Counted from the first letter of the stretch, positions 1-9,730 are shown. The stretch is DNA of 30,161 bases from an uncultured bacterium (GCA_965368975.1 CBDUPA010000037.1:1-30161); one strand, 5' to 3'. Numbers and translations: made by a program. Notes: generated by a model from the letters alone, not told the origin.

Positions 1-462
1 GCCAGCAGGCCCCGATGGAGTCCCGCTCAGCAGGATCTCACTCAAGCACTGAACAGCTGTAAAAAACTAAGTCATTATGAATTAAGAGGTTGCACCATAC
101 ACAGAGATCGCTTAATAACTACTAACCACCTGATTACGAATCAGTTGAGCTGGGTGTTAGATAGGTTTTTGGTGGCTTTCAAGGAAGTAAGCATCTCGCC
201 GCTAACTGCTGAAATGATTCAATTTAGGGTATTACGACTGATATCAAAGGATTTTCTCAAATTAACGTCCTGAAAGACCCAAATATGGACCCACAGACCC
301 GCTTGAGTCCCGATTCTGCCTAGAAAGTGCAGTGGCAAATTTACGTTCCTAGTCCGGCCTCTATTCCCCGGAATAGAATATATCTGCTTAATGAATGCAT
401 AGAGTCATGAAGCTTGATTCATGTTCGACGATTCACTCTCGCAGTTCCTGTTTGCGCCCTCG

Positions 463-1716
463 TTAGGTTGGTGTTGGAAGGTCGAGGATCGCAGCTCGGA
501 GCCTGGACGGTTCACCCGCCTCGGCCCAGGTCAACAGTACCTGCTCTCCGGTAAGCCCAAGCCGCGGGAACCCACCCGAGAGCTTCGGGCGACTGTCAGT
601 CACGACCTGCAGAGGACCGGGCGTTCCATCCGATCCGATGTGGCGCCACCGCAGCTGCGGGCCTTCGTCTGTTGACGCTATCCAGGTCGCTACCGCTTCT
701 CCCGAGGCTCCCAGCACGACGTCCACACGCCCCGACGGCCGAGCTTCGTCCAGCAGAATCGGAGGACCAAATGCCGCGCCAGCGTTGCTCGAGATCGCCA
801 GTTGAACGCGCGGTCGATTCCGGGACGCAGTGAACCAGACGACGACCACGCGCTGCCCGTGGGCAGCAACGGCTGGACCGTTGATCGGACAGGCAACTAG
901 TTCCCAGTCATCCTGGTGGACGACGGCCGGCTGGGTCCAGCCGTCAGCAGTTGCGCGAACGATTGAGATGTCGCGCTGTTCGGTGGCACTCCGGTCACGG
1001 TACACGACCACGGGTCCCTCGACCGTCATCGCGCTGTCGGTGGCACAACACTCGCAGACGCGATCATCGAGGACGATGCTCGCACTCGGCTCTTCTTCTA
1101 CGACCGCGGTGCGTAGTTGCATGCCACCACCACTCGGCATGGCGCGTCCATCGAGCCAGAAGGCCTGGATAGCGTCATCCGACAGCGGCACGTAGGAGAC
1201 AAAGCCATGCTCGGTCGGGGATGCATCGTCGTGGAGCAGCCCTAGTTCCTGCCAGGTATCCCCACCGTCAAGCGACCGCGCGAGCTTGGCCCCGTAGGCA
1301 TGGCCGTGATCTCCGAGCATCTCGAGCCAGTGTGCCAACCGGGCTCCGCTGCTGGCCTCCGCCGCCTGCGGCACGTCCGCCCAGTTGGCGAGGAAAGTAC
1401 CTCCGGTCGCGATCTGCCGCGGTTCACTCCAGGTCCGTGCAGAGAACTCCGAGAACCGTAGAGAGTATCCCTGGGAACCAGGCTCCAGCCAGGTCAGCAC
1501 CAGGCCAGCTCGACTGGCCGATAGGTTCGGTGCCATCGCGCCGCCTCCGGCCGGTGGGTCCACGAAGTTCAGTACTGCCGCTGACTCTGGCGAGGAGTCG
1601 TTCGTGCCCTGGGGCTGACTGGGAGAACAAGCGACCAGCAGACACAGCCAGCTGAGCGCACACGTCACCCCGAGAGATTGGAGACGTGAGACCGAAGAGA
1701 ACGTAGGGAACGACAT
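463..1716 (-). CDS. BNR/Asp-box repeat (sialidase-like beta-propeller) lipoprotein
   Basis: 417 aa ORF; lipobox LVAC; Asp-boxes SLDGGDTW and SSNAGAAF; Cys motifs VCECC and ACPINGP; AGGAGG upstream of the ATG. Confidence 0.8.
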   Translation of the reverse strand: MSFPTFSSVSRLQSLGVTCALSWLCLLVACSPSQPQGTNDSSPESAAVLNFVDPPAGGGAMAPNLSASRAGLVLTWLEPGSQGYSLRFSEFSARTWSEPRQIATGGTFLANWADVPQAAEASSGARLAHWLEMLGDHGHAYGAKLARSLDGGDTWQELGLLHDDASPTEHGFVSYVPLSDDAIQAFWLDGRAMPSGGGMQLRTAVVEEEPSASIVLDDRVCECCATDSAMTVEGPVVVYRDRSATEQRDISIVRATADGWTQPAVVHQDDWELVACPINGPAVAAHGQRVVVVWFTASRNRPRVQLAISSNAGAAFGPPILLDEARPSGRVDVVLGASGEAVATWIASTDEGPQLRWRHIGSDGTPGPLQVVTDSRPKLSGGFPRLGLTGEQVLLTWAEAGEPSRLRAAILDLPTPT

Positions 1717-1815
1717 TGAGAAGCCTCCTTGGACGATCGTGGTTCTGGAGCCGCGATGGTAGCAGCAGGGAGGAGAGAACCGTCAGTATCGACACTCCGG
1801 TTCCCCGGAGCCAAC

Positions 1816-1849
1816 TTGACGCCGCAGGGGGCAAGCAGTACCTTGCCCC
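1816..1849 (+). promoter_or_regulatory. sigma70-like promoter with overlapping inverted repeat upstream of the DUF2231 gene
   Basis: TTGACG (1816-1821), 17 bp, TACCTT (1839-1844); GGGGCAAG (1828-1835) / CTTGCCCC (1842-1849) dyad overlaps the -10. Confidence 0.45.
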
Positions 1850-1903
1850 TGATCCAGTCCCGGCACTCCCAGCTCAACTTTCCGAGATCGGAAGGAGACA
1901 CGC

Positions 1904-3004
1904 ATGCTCGAATCAATCCTGCACATGACAGCGCTGCCCAACCTGCACCCGCTCCTGGTGCACTTCCCGATCGCCCTGCTACCCACAGCGTTGCTTCTGG
2001 ATGCAGCTGGATTGGTGCGATTCGAGCAGAAGTGGCTGCGCCACGCCGCCGCAACCCTGCTCGGCTTGGCAGCTGTAGGGGCGGCACTATCCGTATGGGC
2101 TGGGCGCCAAGCCGCTGACTCGCTAGGGCTGGTGCCGGCCACGGTCCAGCCTCACATAGGCCGCCACAGCGATTGGGCTCATTGGGCGCTGTACGCTGTC
2201 CTCGCGCTGGCCGTCCTGAGACTGTGGGTCGAGTTCAGTCCGAAACTCTCCGAGAAGAAGCTGCCCTTGGCGATTCTCTTCGTGGCGGGTCTTGGAACCA
2301 TGGTCCTGATGGCCAAGGCTGCGGATCTGGGAGGTGCCTTGGTCTACACCCACGGCGTGGCCGTGACTCCGACCGCAAGTGCAACTGCAGCTGTCAGCCC
2401 GCCCTCTGCAGCTCCAGTGGCCACAGACTCCGAAGAGATTCCGAATCAGATCGTTAGTGAGCCGTCCGGACGCCTTGTCTGGCGACCGTCGATCTGGAAC
2501 GGACCGGCAGAGGGAATCCGGATCGAATCCTCGAGTGAACAACCCGCGCCCTTTCAGTGGACCTCGGCTGCCGACGGTGAGTCGGGTCTGACGGTGACCG
2601 TGGATGGCACGGGTTTGGTGCTGCTACCAGGTGAGTTTGGAGATGTGCAAGTCGAAGCTATTCTGGAACTCGTGGAGTTCAATGGTTCAGTGGCCCTGGT
2701 CCACCACGTCAACGACAAGGGGCGTGGAGAGTTCGTGATCTCGAACGAGGGTGTCGCGGAACTCGTCGCCGTGAAGGGGGATCGCAGAACCGTCCTCGAT
2801 CGACGACTCGAAGTGGCACTTCCCTCTCGACTCGCGTTCGCGGTCAATTCGGCCGGGACCCATCTGAAGGGCTATATCGATGGCGCCACGATCACCCATG
2901 GTCACATCGGCCGTCCAGCCGACGGAGGGTGCGGCCTGCTACTCGATGGCACGGGACAAGTCACCATCGTAGAACTCTCAGTCACCCCAATTGACACAGA
3001 CTGA
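1904..3004 (+). CDS. DUF2231-type membrane protein fused to a C-terminal beta-rich soluble domain
   Basis: N-terminal LHPLLVHFPIAL...H...GGALVYTHGV with about 4 TM helices, Ala/Pro/Ser linker, ~180 aa beta-rich C-terminus; SD AAGGAG. Confidence 0.75.
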   Translation: MLESILHMTALPNLHPLLVHFPIALLPTALLLDAAGLVRFEQKWLRHAAATLLGLAAVGAALSVWAGRQAADSLGLVPATVQPHIGRHSDWAHWALYAVLALAVLRLWVEFSPKLSEKKLPLAILFVAGLGTMVLMAKAADLGGALVYTHGVAVTPTASATAAVSPPSAAPVATDSEEIPNQIVSEPSGRLVWRPSIWNGPAEGIRIESSSEQPAPFQWTSAADGESGLTVTVDGTGLVLLPGEFGDVQVEAILELVEFNGSVALVHHVNDKGRGEFVISNEGVAELVAVKGDRRTVLDRRLEVALPSRLAFAVNSAGTHLKGYIDGATITHGHIGRPADGGCGLLLDGTGQVTIVELSVTPIDTD

Positions 3005-3123
3005 CACGCCAGAGATTGAGCCGCCGCTCCTCTGGTAGGACACCCAAAGAGCATCTTTCACACCTCCGCTACCCCCTGACTCGGCTCTAGCCGGACATGT
3101 GGGCTCAACGGATTCGACACCCC

Positions 3124-3155
3124 TTGACTCCGTAGTTAGGTACGGGGTTTAGACT
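3124..3155 (+). promoter_or_regulatory. MerR-family promoter/operator
   Basis: TTGACT (3124-3129), 20 bp spacer containing dyad CCGTA-N6-TACGG (3130-3145), TAGACT (3150-3155); long spacer with internal dyad is the MerR-family hallmark. Confidence 0.85.
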
Positions 3156-3161
3156 CGGTTC

Positions 3162-3596
3162 ATGGAAGATGCACACTCGCCCGGACTGACCATCGGACAA
3201 CTCGCCCGGCAAGCCAACCTCGGCGTCGAAACCTTGCGGTACTACGAGCGCCGTGGCCTGATCGCAGAGCCGCCTCGGCGGGCTTCGGGTTACCGGCAGT
3301 ATCCCGAAGACACGATCCACCGCCTGCGCTTCATTCGCCGGGCAAAAGAGTTGGGCTTCACGCTGGACGAGGTCGCCGAGCTGCTGCGGTTACGTAGTCA
3401 CCCAACCGAGAACCGAGAGTCTGTCCGAGGCCGAGCCCAAGCCAAAGTCGACGATATCGACCGACGACTCGCGGATTTGACTCGAATGCGAGAGGTTCTC
3501 TCTGGTCTCGTCACTGCCTGCGAGCACGGCGATACCACCGAGGCATGTCCGATTCTGGCAGCGCTCGACGGAGAGCCAGCCGAAGGAGGCCCATGA
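3162..3596 (+). CDS. MerR-family heavy-metal-responsive regulator (probably a CueR-like Cu(I) sensor)
   Basis: TIGQLA...[13 protein letters not shown]...GYRQY...[19 protein letters not shown]; C-terminal metal loop [13 protein letters not shown]. Confidence 0.93.
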   Translation: MEDAHSPGLTIGQLARQANLGVETLRYYERRGLIAEPPRRASGYRQYPEDTIHRLRFIRRAKELGFTLDEVAELLRLRSHPTENRESVRGRAQAKVDDIDRRLADLTRMREVLSGLVTACEHGDTTEACPILAALDGEPAEGGP

Positions 3597-6043
3597 TGCC
3601 GACAGAATCAACGACGAGGTTAGATCCAGTCTGTGGAATGCAGGTCGACGCCGCCAAGGCTCGCTTCGAGAGCGTTGTAGACGGGACGCGGTACGTCTTC
3701 TGCTGCGCGGGCTGCAAGGCCAAGTTCGAAGCCGATCCGCGGCACTACCTGGAGCCAGAGGATCGGGCGCCGGGTCCAAGTGCCCCGAGCAGCCCGCACG
3801 GCATGTACGTGTGCCCGATGGATCCCGAGGTGCGGCAGCTGGGACCAGGAAGTTGCCCGAAGTGCGGCATGGCACTCGAACCCGAAACGCCTACTCTCGC
3901 AACCAAAACCGAGTACACCTGCCCAATGCACCCGGAAGTCGTTCGCAACGAGCCCGGCAGCTGCCCGATTTGCGGAATGGCACTCGAAGCGCGCACCGTC
4001 AGTGTCGAAGAAGAAGCCAATCCCGAACTCGAAGACATGCGTCGACGCTTCATCTTCTCCGCCGCACTGGCGCTGCCGGTGCTCGTCCTCGCGATGGGCG
4101 ACATGCTGCCCGGTGAGCCGATCTCGCGCTGGCTGGCGCCACGGGTTCGGGTGTGGATCGAACTGCTCCTGGCGACGCCAGTCTGTCTGTGGTCCGCCTG
4201 GCCCTTCTACCAGCGCGCCGTCGCCTCGGTGCGCAACCGCAGCCTCAACATGTTCACTCTGATCGGGCTCGGCGTCAGCGTCGCCTACGGGTACAGTCTG
4301 GTGGCGACCTTGGTGCCGCAGATCTTCCCCGACTCTTTCCGTGGCCACGATGGTACCGTCGGTGTCTACTTCGAAGCGGCGGTCGTGATCGTCGCCTTGA
4401 TCCTCCTCGGCCAAGTCCTGGAGCTGCGCGCGCGCAGCCAGACTGGCGCCGCCCTGCGTGCCCTACTCGGCCTCGCCGCCAAGACCGCTCGCCGGCTACG
4501 GCCCGATGGTCAAGAGGAGGACGTGCCACTGGAGGCCGTGCACGTGGGCGACAAGCTGCGTGTGCGGCCAGGCGAGAAGATCCCTGTCGACGGCACGGTG
4601 CTCGAGGGATCGAGTCGGGTCGACGAGTCGATGGTCACCGGTGAACCGATGCCGGTCGCCAAGACCGCCGGTGACACCGTGGTAGGCGCCACAGTCAACG
4701 GCACCGGCATGCTAGTGATGCGCGCTGAACGCGTCGGGTCCGAGACCCTACTGTCGCGCATCGTCACCATGGTCGCTGAAGCCCAACGCAGCCGGGCGCC
4801 GATCCAGAAGCTGGCCGACCGGGTCGCGGCCTGGTTCGTGCCCATCGTCATCGCCGTGGCCATCGGCACCTTCGTGGCGTGGAGCTTGCTCGGACCCAGC
4901 CCGCGCATGGCCTACGCGCTGGTCAACGCGGTCGCCGTCCTGATCATTGCCTGTCCCTGTGCACTCGGGCTGGCGACCCCGATGTCGATCATGGTCGCCA
5001 CCGGTAAGGGTGCCGGCGTTGGTGTCCTGTTCCGCAATGCGGAAGCGATCGAGCAACTGCGCCGGGTCGATACGCTGGTGGTCGACAAGACCGGTACTCT
5101 CACCGAAGGTCGGCCGAGCTTGGTGACCGTAGATGCAACACCGGGCGTCAGTGAGGATAGGCTGCTACGGCTGGCCGCAGGGCTGGAGCGAGGCAGCGAG
5201 CACCCGCTGGCCGAGGCCATTGTGCGCGGCGCCCAAGCCCGCGGCATCGGCATACCGGAAGCGTCGAGCTTCGAATCGGTCACCGGCAAGGGCGTGCACG
5301 GTATGGTCGACGAGACGCGCGTCGCGGTAGGCAACCGCACGCTGTTGCAGGATCTCGGCATCGGGCTCGGCGAGCTACCGGACCGTGCCGAGGCGCTGCG
5401 CGCCGAGGGGCAGACGGTCATGTTCGTCGTGCTCGGGGATACCGCCGCCGGCCTCTTGGGCGTTGCGGATCCGGTCAAGGACAGCACGCCCGAAGCGATC
5501 CGAGCCCTGCACGCGGAAGGCCTGCGAATCACCATGCTGACCGGCGACAACCGTACTACTGCACAGGCCGTGGCTCGCCACCTGGGCATCGACGAGGTGG
5601 TGGCCGAGGTGCTGCCGGAACAGAAGGCCGAAGCCGTCGCCACGCTGCAAGCCCAAGGGCACGTCGTGGCCATGGCAGGCGACGGCATCAACGATGCTCC
5701 GGCCCTGGCGAGAGCGAACGTCGGCATCGCTATGGGCACTGGCACGGACGTGGCCATGGAAAGCGCCGGTGTCACCCTGGTCAAGGGAGACCTGCGCGGA
5801 ATCGTGCGCGCACGCCGGCTCAGTCGGGCAACCATGGCCAACATCAAGCAGAACTTGTTCTTCGCTTTCGTCTACAACTCGCTCGGCGTACCGGTGGCTG
5901 CGGGCGTGCTGTATCCCCTCTTCGGGATCCTGCTGAGTCCCATGATCGCCGCGGCAGCGATGAGCTTCAGTTCCGTCTCGGTGATCGTCAACTCGCTCCG
6001 CTTACGTGGCGTGAAACTGGGACGGCGGGCAATTGAGCACTAG
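3593..6043 (+). CDS. copA: Cu(I)/Ag(I)-translocating P1B-type ATPase with N-terminal YHS domain and two YxCPM(H/D)P metal-binding domains
   Basis: DPVCGM...FCCAGC (YHS), [22 protein letters not shown] and MxxSS TM motifs; start moved to ATG 3593 (ATGA overlap with regulator stop, SD AAGGAGG). Confidence 0.95.
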   Translation: MMPTESTTRLDPVCGMQVDAAKARFESVVDGTRYVFCCAGCKAKFEADPRHYLEPEDRAPGPSAPSSPHGMYVCPMDPEVRQLGPGSCPKCGMALEPETPTLATKTEYTCPMHPEVVRNEPGSCPICGMALEARTVSVEEEANPELEDMRRRFIFSAALALPVLVLAMGDMLPGEPISRWLAPRVRVWIELLLATPVCLWSAWPFYQRAVASVRNRSLNMFTLIGLGVSVAYGYSLVATLVPQIFPDSFRGHDGTVGVYFEAAVVIVALILLGQVLELRARSQTGAALRALLGLAAKTARRLRPDGQEEDVPLEAVHVGDKLRVRPGEKIPVDGTVLEGSSRVDESMVTGEPMPVAKTAGDTVVGATVNGTGMLVMRAERVGSETLLSRIVTMVAEAQRSRAPIQKLADRVAAWFVPIVIAVAIGTFVAWSLLGPSPRMAYALVNAVAVLIIACPCALGLATPMSIMVATGKGAGVGVLFRNAEAIEQLRRVDTLVVDKTGTLTEGRPSLVTVDATPGVSEDRLLRLAAGLERGSEHPLAEAIVRGAQARGIGIPEASSFESVTGKGVHGMVDETRVAVGNRTLLQDLGIGLGELPDRAEALRAEGQTVMFVVLGDTAAGLLGVADPVKDSTPEAIRALHAEGLRITMLTGDNRTTAQAVARHLGIDEVVAEVLPEQKAEAVATLQAQGHVVAMAGDGINDAPALARANVGIAMGTGTDVAMESAGVTLVKGDLRGIVRARRLSRATMANIKQNLFFAFVYNSLGVPVAAGVLYPLFGILLSPMIAAAAMSFSSVSVIVNSLRLRGVKLGRRAIEH
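3806..3988 (+). repeat. Intragenic tandem duplication (108 bp period) encoding the two heavy-metal-binding domains
   Basis: 3806-3880 [25 protein letters not shown] vs 3914-3988 [25 protein letters not shown]. Confidence 0.85.
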
Positions 6044-6236
6044 ATTCTAACGAGGATCGAGGAGGTTCTGGACTCCGGAACTTCCGTTTATGTCGCCGCG
6101 AAGTGTACCTCTGGAGCGCACGGTCCAGCAGCGTTGACGACCACCCCCATAACCGGTTAGCTTCGAAAGCCCTATCCTCCTTCCAGCGTTCGGACTGAGG
6201 ATTCAGTCACTACCCAAGACCCATTGGAGCCCGAAA

Positions 6237-6719
6237 ATGAGCTTAGATCGCAACCTCTTCGTGCCTGAAGCAGTTTTTCTGTCCGTCTTCCTACTCACTG
6301 CCTGCGGCCAACCTCCGGCAGAAAAAGTAGCGGAAGCTGAGCCCGTTGCCGAGGCTGCGGCGGAACTAGCAGAGCACACTGCACGAGGTGAAGTGACGCA
6401 GATACCGGAGTCGGACGATTCCGGGAGCCAGTTCATGGTGCGCCACGAGCCGATCATGGGCATGGTAGATCAGGACGGCAACTCGCTGAACATGGACACC
6501 ACCATGAACATGCCGTTTTTCCCCGCTGACGAATCCTTGATCGAAGGCCTGACTGTCGGCGACAAGATCACGATGACCATTACATTGGACTGGGACAAGG
6601 TTCCCGCCATGCAGGTGACCGCTATCGATAAGCTACCTGCTGAGACCGAACTGAACTTCACGGAAGCTGAAGGCGACCACGCTGGCCACGATATGGATCA
6701 TGGAGGCATGAATCACTGA
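6237..6719 (+). CDS. CusF-like copper-binding lipoprotein with His/Met-rich tail
   Basis: Lipobox LTAC; ARGEV...VRHEPI...MNMPF...GLTVGDKI CusF-like pattern; tail DHAGHDMDHGGMNH; SD GGAG. Confidence 0.8.
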   Translation: MSLDRNLFVPEAVFLSVFLLTACGQPPAEKVAEAEPVAEAAAELAEHTARGEVTQIPESDDSGSQFMVRHEPIMGMVDQDGNSLNMDTTMNMPFFPADESLIEGLTVGDKITMTITLDWDKVPAMQVTAIDKLPAETELNFTEAEGDHAGHDMDHGGMNH

Positions 6720-6962
6720 GTGGATTAGCCCCAGAGCAACTCATCTGCCTGGAATGGTCTAGTAAGCACCGAGATTTACGAAAAAGTTGATGTTGCTTCG
6801 AGAGGTACTCTAGTCACCTCGCACCGGTAGATGCTCGAAGGCAACCTTGAGCAGGTGCCATTCAGCGGAGTTGGCTGGAAGCTCAGCGAGGGTCGTGGCC
6901 TACCTCCAACGTGTGAGGCTGGAGGCGCAAACCAGGCTCAGCTATCGGAGGGGAGGTTGTGC

Positions 6963-7814
6963 TCAGCAACTGAGTGCCACACGAAACCCAATGTAAGGAC
7001 AACGATTGTCAGGTCCAAGCCAGTCCCTGCTTGCGCAGTGAAGAAACTCGGGTTTGAAGGCCCAGCACCCACCCCGCAGCACTCGATCCACATTCTCGCC
7101 GCTGTGCGAGACTGGATCTGTCGACGGCGCATCGCGCTTTCGATAGATTTGCTCATCCCAAGCGTCCAAGCACCACTCTTCCACATTGCCCGCCTGGTCC
7201 AGCGTTCCAAATGGACCAGCTCCATCTGGGTAAGCTCCCACGGTGGAAGTTTTCCCTCGACGCAGGCTGAAATCAGCAGAACTGCTATTAGCGAGGTCCG
7301 GTGTTGGTTCCTGCTCGCCCCAGGGGTACGAGCGCCCTTCCGGTCCACGTGCCGCCGCCTCCCAGCGAGCCTCACTCGGTAGCTCAAGGTCCGCCCAGAT
7401 ACAGTAGTCCCGTGCTTCATTCCAGGTCACTCCCACCACGGGCTGGGCAGGGTGATTGAATCGCTCATCGTGCCAGAACTTAGGGGTAGGTTGGCCGGGA
7501 TTGTGAGATAGAAACTTCGCATATTGGACGTTGGTAACGGGGAATTTGCCGATCCAGAACGGGCTAAGCTGGACTGCATGTTCCGGCATTTCTTCAACAT
7601 CCAAGTGGTCGGCCCCCATTCGGTACTTGCCGCCAGGCACGAATACAAGTCTCGATCCGTCTAGGGTATGTACGCGTTCCCGGAAAGTGGGCGTCTTCTG
7701 CGAAGCGTGCTCGAGTTGCAGGCACTCGCTGCCATTGTGCTCAGGCTGAGCAACAAGAGCAGGAGCTAGAACTGCATCATCGACTCGCTGGGTGGCTTCT
7801 GAGACATCGAGCAT
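6963..7814 (-). CDS. Formylglycine-generating-enzyme (FGE-sulfatase/SUMF1) fold protein
   Basis: VPGGKYRMG, FPVTNVQY, QPVVGVTW, LPSEARWEAAARG, YPWG, GNVEEW, RVLRGG, IGFR; SD AAGGAG. Confidence 0.9.
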   Translation of the reverse strand: MLDVSEATQRVDDAVLAPALVAQPEHNGSECLQLEHASQKTPTFRERVHTLDGSRLVFVPGGKYRMGADHLDVEEMPEHAVQLSPFWIGKFPVTNVQYAKFLSHNPGQPTPKFWHDERFNHPAQPVVGVTWNEARDYCIWADLELPSEARWEAAARGPEGRSYPWGEQEPTPDLANSSSADFSLRRGKTSTVGAYPDGAGPFGTLDQAGNVEEWCLDAWDEQIYRKRDAPSTDPVSHSGENVDRVLRGGCWAFKPEFLHCASRDWLGPDNRCPYIGFRVALSC

Positions 7815-8042
7815 AAGGTTCTCCTTGAGACTTCGACGTCGGTTAAGTGACGCCGCAATAGCAAGCTAGCATCGGCTATCTCTAGGTACAGCAACCGTGC
7901 AGGCTTTCGCCACTGGACTGCTGGCAAAGCGAGAAATGGTGCAGTAGCCGGTCGCTACGAGTTCGTATCGGCCTTCTTCAGCAGGATGAGCCGGCAGCGG
8001 CGCGTCCCGTCAGGGAGCCCTCAGCATGCATGTGACGTTGCC

Positions 8043-8072
8043 TTGACCCAAGACCTGCCCTTTCGCTAGACT
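8043..8072 (+). promoter_or_regulatory. sigma70-like promoter of the first RND operon
   Basis: TTGACC (8043-8048), 18 bp, TAGACT (8067-8072); 7 nt before GTG 8080. Confidence 0.55.
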
Positions 8073-8079
8073 CCCTCAG

Positions 8080-8457
8080 GTGAGGATCCTGGTTCAAGCT
8101 CTCTGCGCCTTGTTGGCTTGCCTGCTGCTGACACCTTCAATGTGTGCTGCCGGCGTTGGCCTGCACTTGGTGCTCGATTCTCACCATGCGGGAGAGCTGG
8201 CCGAAGCCGAGACGCATGATGCTGCTGTCGGTTCAGACGCCCACGCTCACGCCACTGAAGCGGCGTCTCATGAACATGCGACGAATATCGAGGAACAGGC
8301 AGAAGGCTTGTGCCTGCTCCAGTTGGCTGGTTCACCGGCTCAGCTTCGCGCCGTCGAGTTCTCAGCTCGTCCGAGCATCGCGACTCCCGCTCCCTTCCCC
8401 GAACGCCCGCCACTCTCGATTCCTCTCTTCACGGCTCACTGTAGTTTGCTGATCTGA
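8080..8457 (+). CDS. Small His-rich exported-type hypothetical protein leading the RND operon
   Basis: Hydrophobic N-terminus, HH/HAH-rich acidic middle, C-terminal ERPP...HCSLLI; lies between the promoter and the TolC gene. Confidence 0.65.
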   Translation: MRILVQALCALLACLLLTPSMCAAGVGLHLVLDSHHAGELAEAETHDAAVGSDAHAHATEAASHEHATNIEEQAEGLCLLQLAGSPAQLRAVEFSARPSIATPAPFPERPPLSIPLFTAHCSLLI

Positions 8458-8530
8458 TCCACGGTTGCGTGTTGGTCAAGCCCTCTCTTCGAGTGGGGCT
8501 GAAAAACATCAACCTGGAGAGGAATCAGCA

Positions 8531-9730
8531 ATGTTTCGAATTGTCTTCGTCGGCCTGCTGTCGGTTGCGGCCCTTGGCTCTGCGCCAGGCAGACCCGCAT
8601 CGGCGTTCACTGAGGCAGAGTTTCTAGCTGCGTTGCAGCCGGACCACCCAGCAATCAGAGAGACAGCCGAGGCTGTCGAACTGGCTCGGGCACGGTTGCT
8701 CTCGGCCCGACTTCTTCCCAATCCCGAGTTCGGCTTCGAGCACGAAGATCCGGAAGGCCCTTCCGGACAGTCGAGCTGGACTGTAGCTTGGCAGCTTCCC
8801 GAGCTGGATCGCACCTCGCAGATCGCAGCTGCACGTAGCTCGGCCACCGCTGCCGAACACCAGCGGACTCATCAACTTCACTTGGTCCGGCTATCCATGC
8901 GAGAAGCCTACGCTGAGTGGGCTGTGGCCTTCGAACGCTGGAGGTTGCTCAGCCAGCGAGTAGCGGCAGGCGAGGCGCTTCTGCAGCGGGAGACGCACCG
9001 CTTCGAAGGTGGTGAGACGTCTGGTCTCCAAGTGAGGCGGCTAGAGCTGATGGTGTCGACTCTGCGGGTTCAGGTAGCCCAAGCGGACGCTCTTCGAGCA
9101 GCGGCCCGGGGCCGTGCCGAGGTCTGGGCCGACCTCCCGGCAGGGGCAACGCCGGTGCTACCGGATGCGACGGCAGTTCACGACCGCATCGGCGAGCACC
9201 CGCTGATTCTGTCCGCGAGAGCTGACTTGGAAGCGGCGAGCTTCGAACGGGAAGCAGCGGGGGTCGTCCTGGGATCACCCGAGATTCAAGTTGGCTGGCA
9301 ACGACAACAGATGGAGACGTTTTCACCCGAAGGACCTCTGTTCTCGATCTCTTGGTCGGTGCCGTTGTGGTCGCGCAAGCAGGGTGAGAGAGCTAGTGCG
9401 ACAGCTCACGTAGACGCTGCGCAAGCTCGGTTGGCGACCCTACAGCGGCAAGTCCACGCTCACTTCGGTGCCGCAGAGGCCGCATGGCACCGGCTTTCAA
9501 GCGCCTATTCGGAAGCGGAAGCAAACGCCGCTGAGAACGCCCGGTTGCTTGCAGGGGCTGAAGCAGCCTTTCAACTCGGAGAAGCTACGCTGACGGACTA
9601 TCTCGACACAGCGCGTGCGGTTACGGAGTCCGAACTGAGCTTGCTGGAGTTGCATTCCGCTCTTCTCGCTGCGGAGCGAGAACTCGTTCGCCTCGGGGCT
9701 TCAGTCTCAGACGTACCCTTCTCAAACTAA
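8531..9730 (+). CDS. TolC-family outer-membrane efflux protein
   Basis: Signal peptide MFRIVFVGLL..., LLPNPE, SVPLW, FEGGETS / FQLGEAT repeats; start at ATG 8531 after GAGGA. Confidence 0.88.
   Translation: MFRIVFVGLLSVAALGSAPGRPASAFTEAEFLAALQPDHPAIRETAEAVELARARLLSARLLPNPEFGFEHEDPEGPSGQSSWTVAWQLPELDRTSQIAAARSSATAAEHQRTHQLHLVRLSMREAYAEWAVAFERWRLLSQRVAAGEALLQRETHRFEGGETSGLQVRRLELMVSTLRVQVAQADALRAAARGRAEVWADLPAGATPVLPDATAVHDRIGEHPLILSARADLEAASFEREAAGVVLGSPEIQVGWQRQQMETFSPEGPLFSISWSVPLWSRKQGERASATAHVDAAQARLATLQRQVHAHFGAAEAAWHRLSSAYSEAEANAAENARLLAGAEAAFQLGEATLTDYLDTARAVTESELSLLELHSALLAAERELVRLGASVSDVPFSN

Noticed and set aside
3545-3592. Longer N-termini from the ORF track (copA; likewise 8465, 9842, 11625, 21025, 25934, 28052, 28671, 29389, 29861)
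   Set aside because: Downstream starts have SD sequences and/or stop-start overlaps; most extensions overlap neighbouring genes
3124-3596. Mercury resistance (merR/mer operon)
   Set aside because: Third Hg-binding Cys absent; no merT/P/A; the downstream gene is a Cu(I)-type ATPase
6963-7090. FGE C-terminus as a diversity-generating retroelement variable repeat
   Set aside because: No template repeat or reverse transcriptase seen in the window
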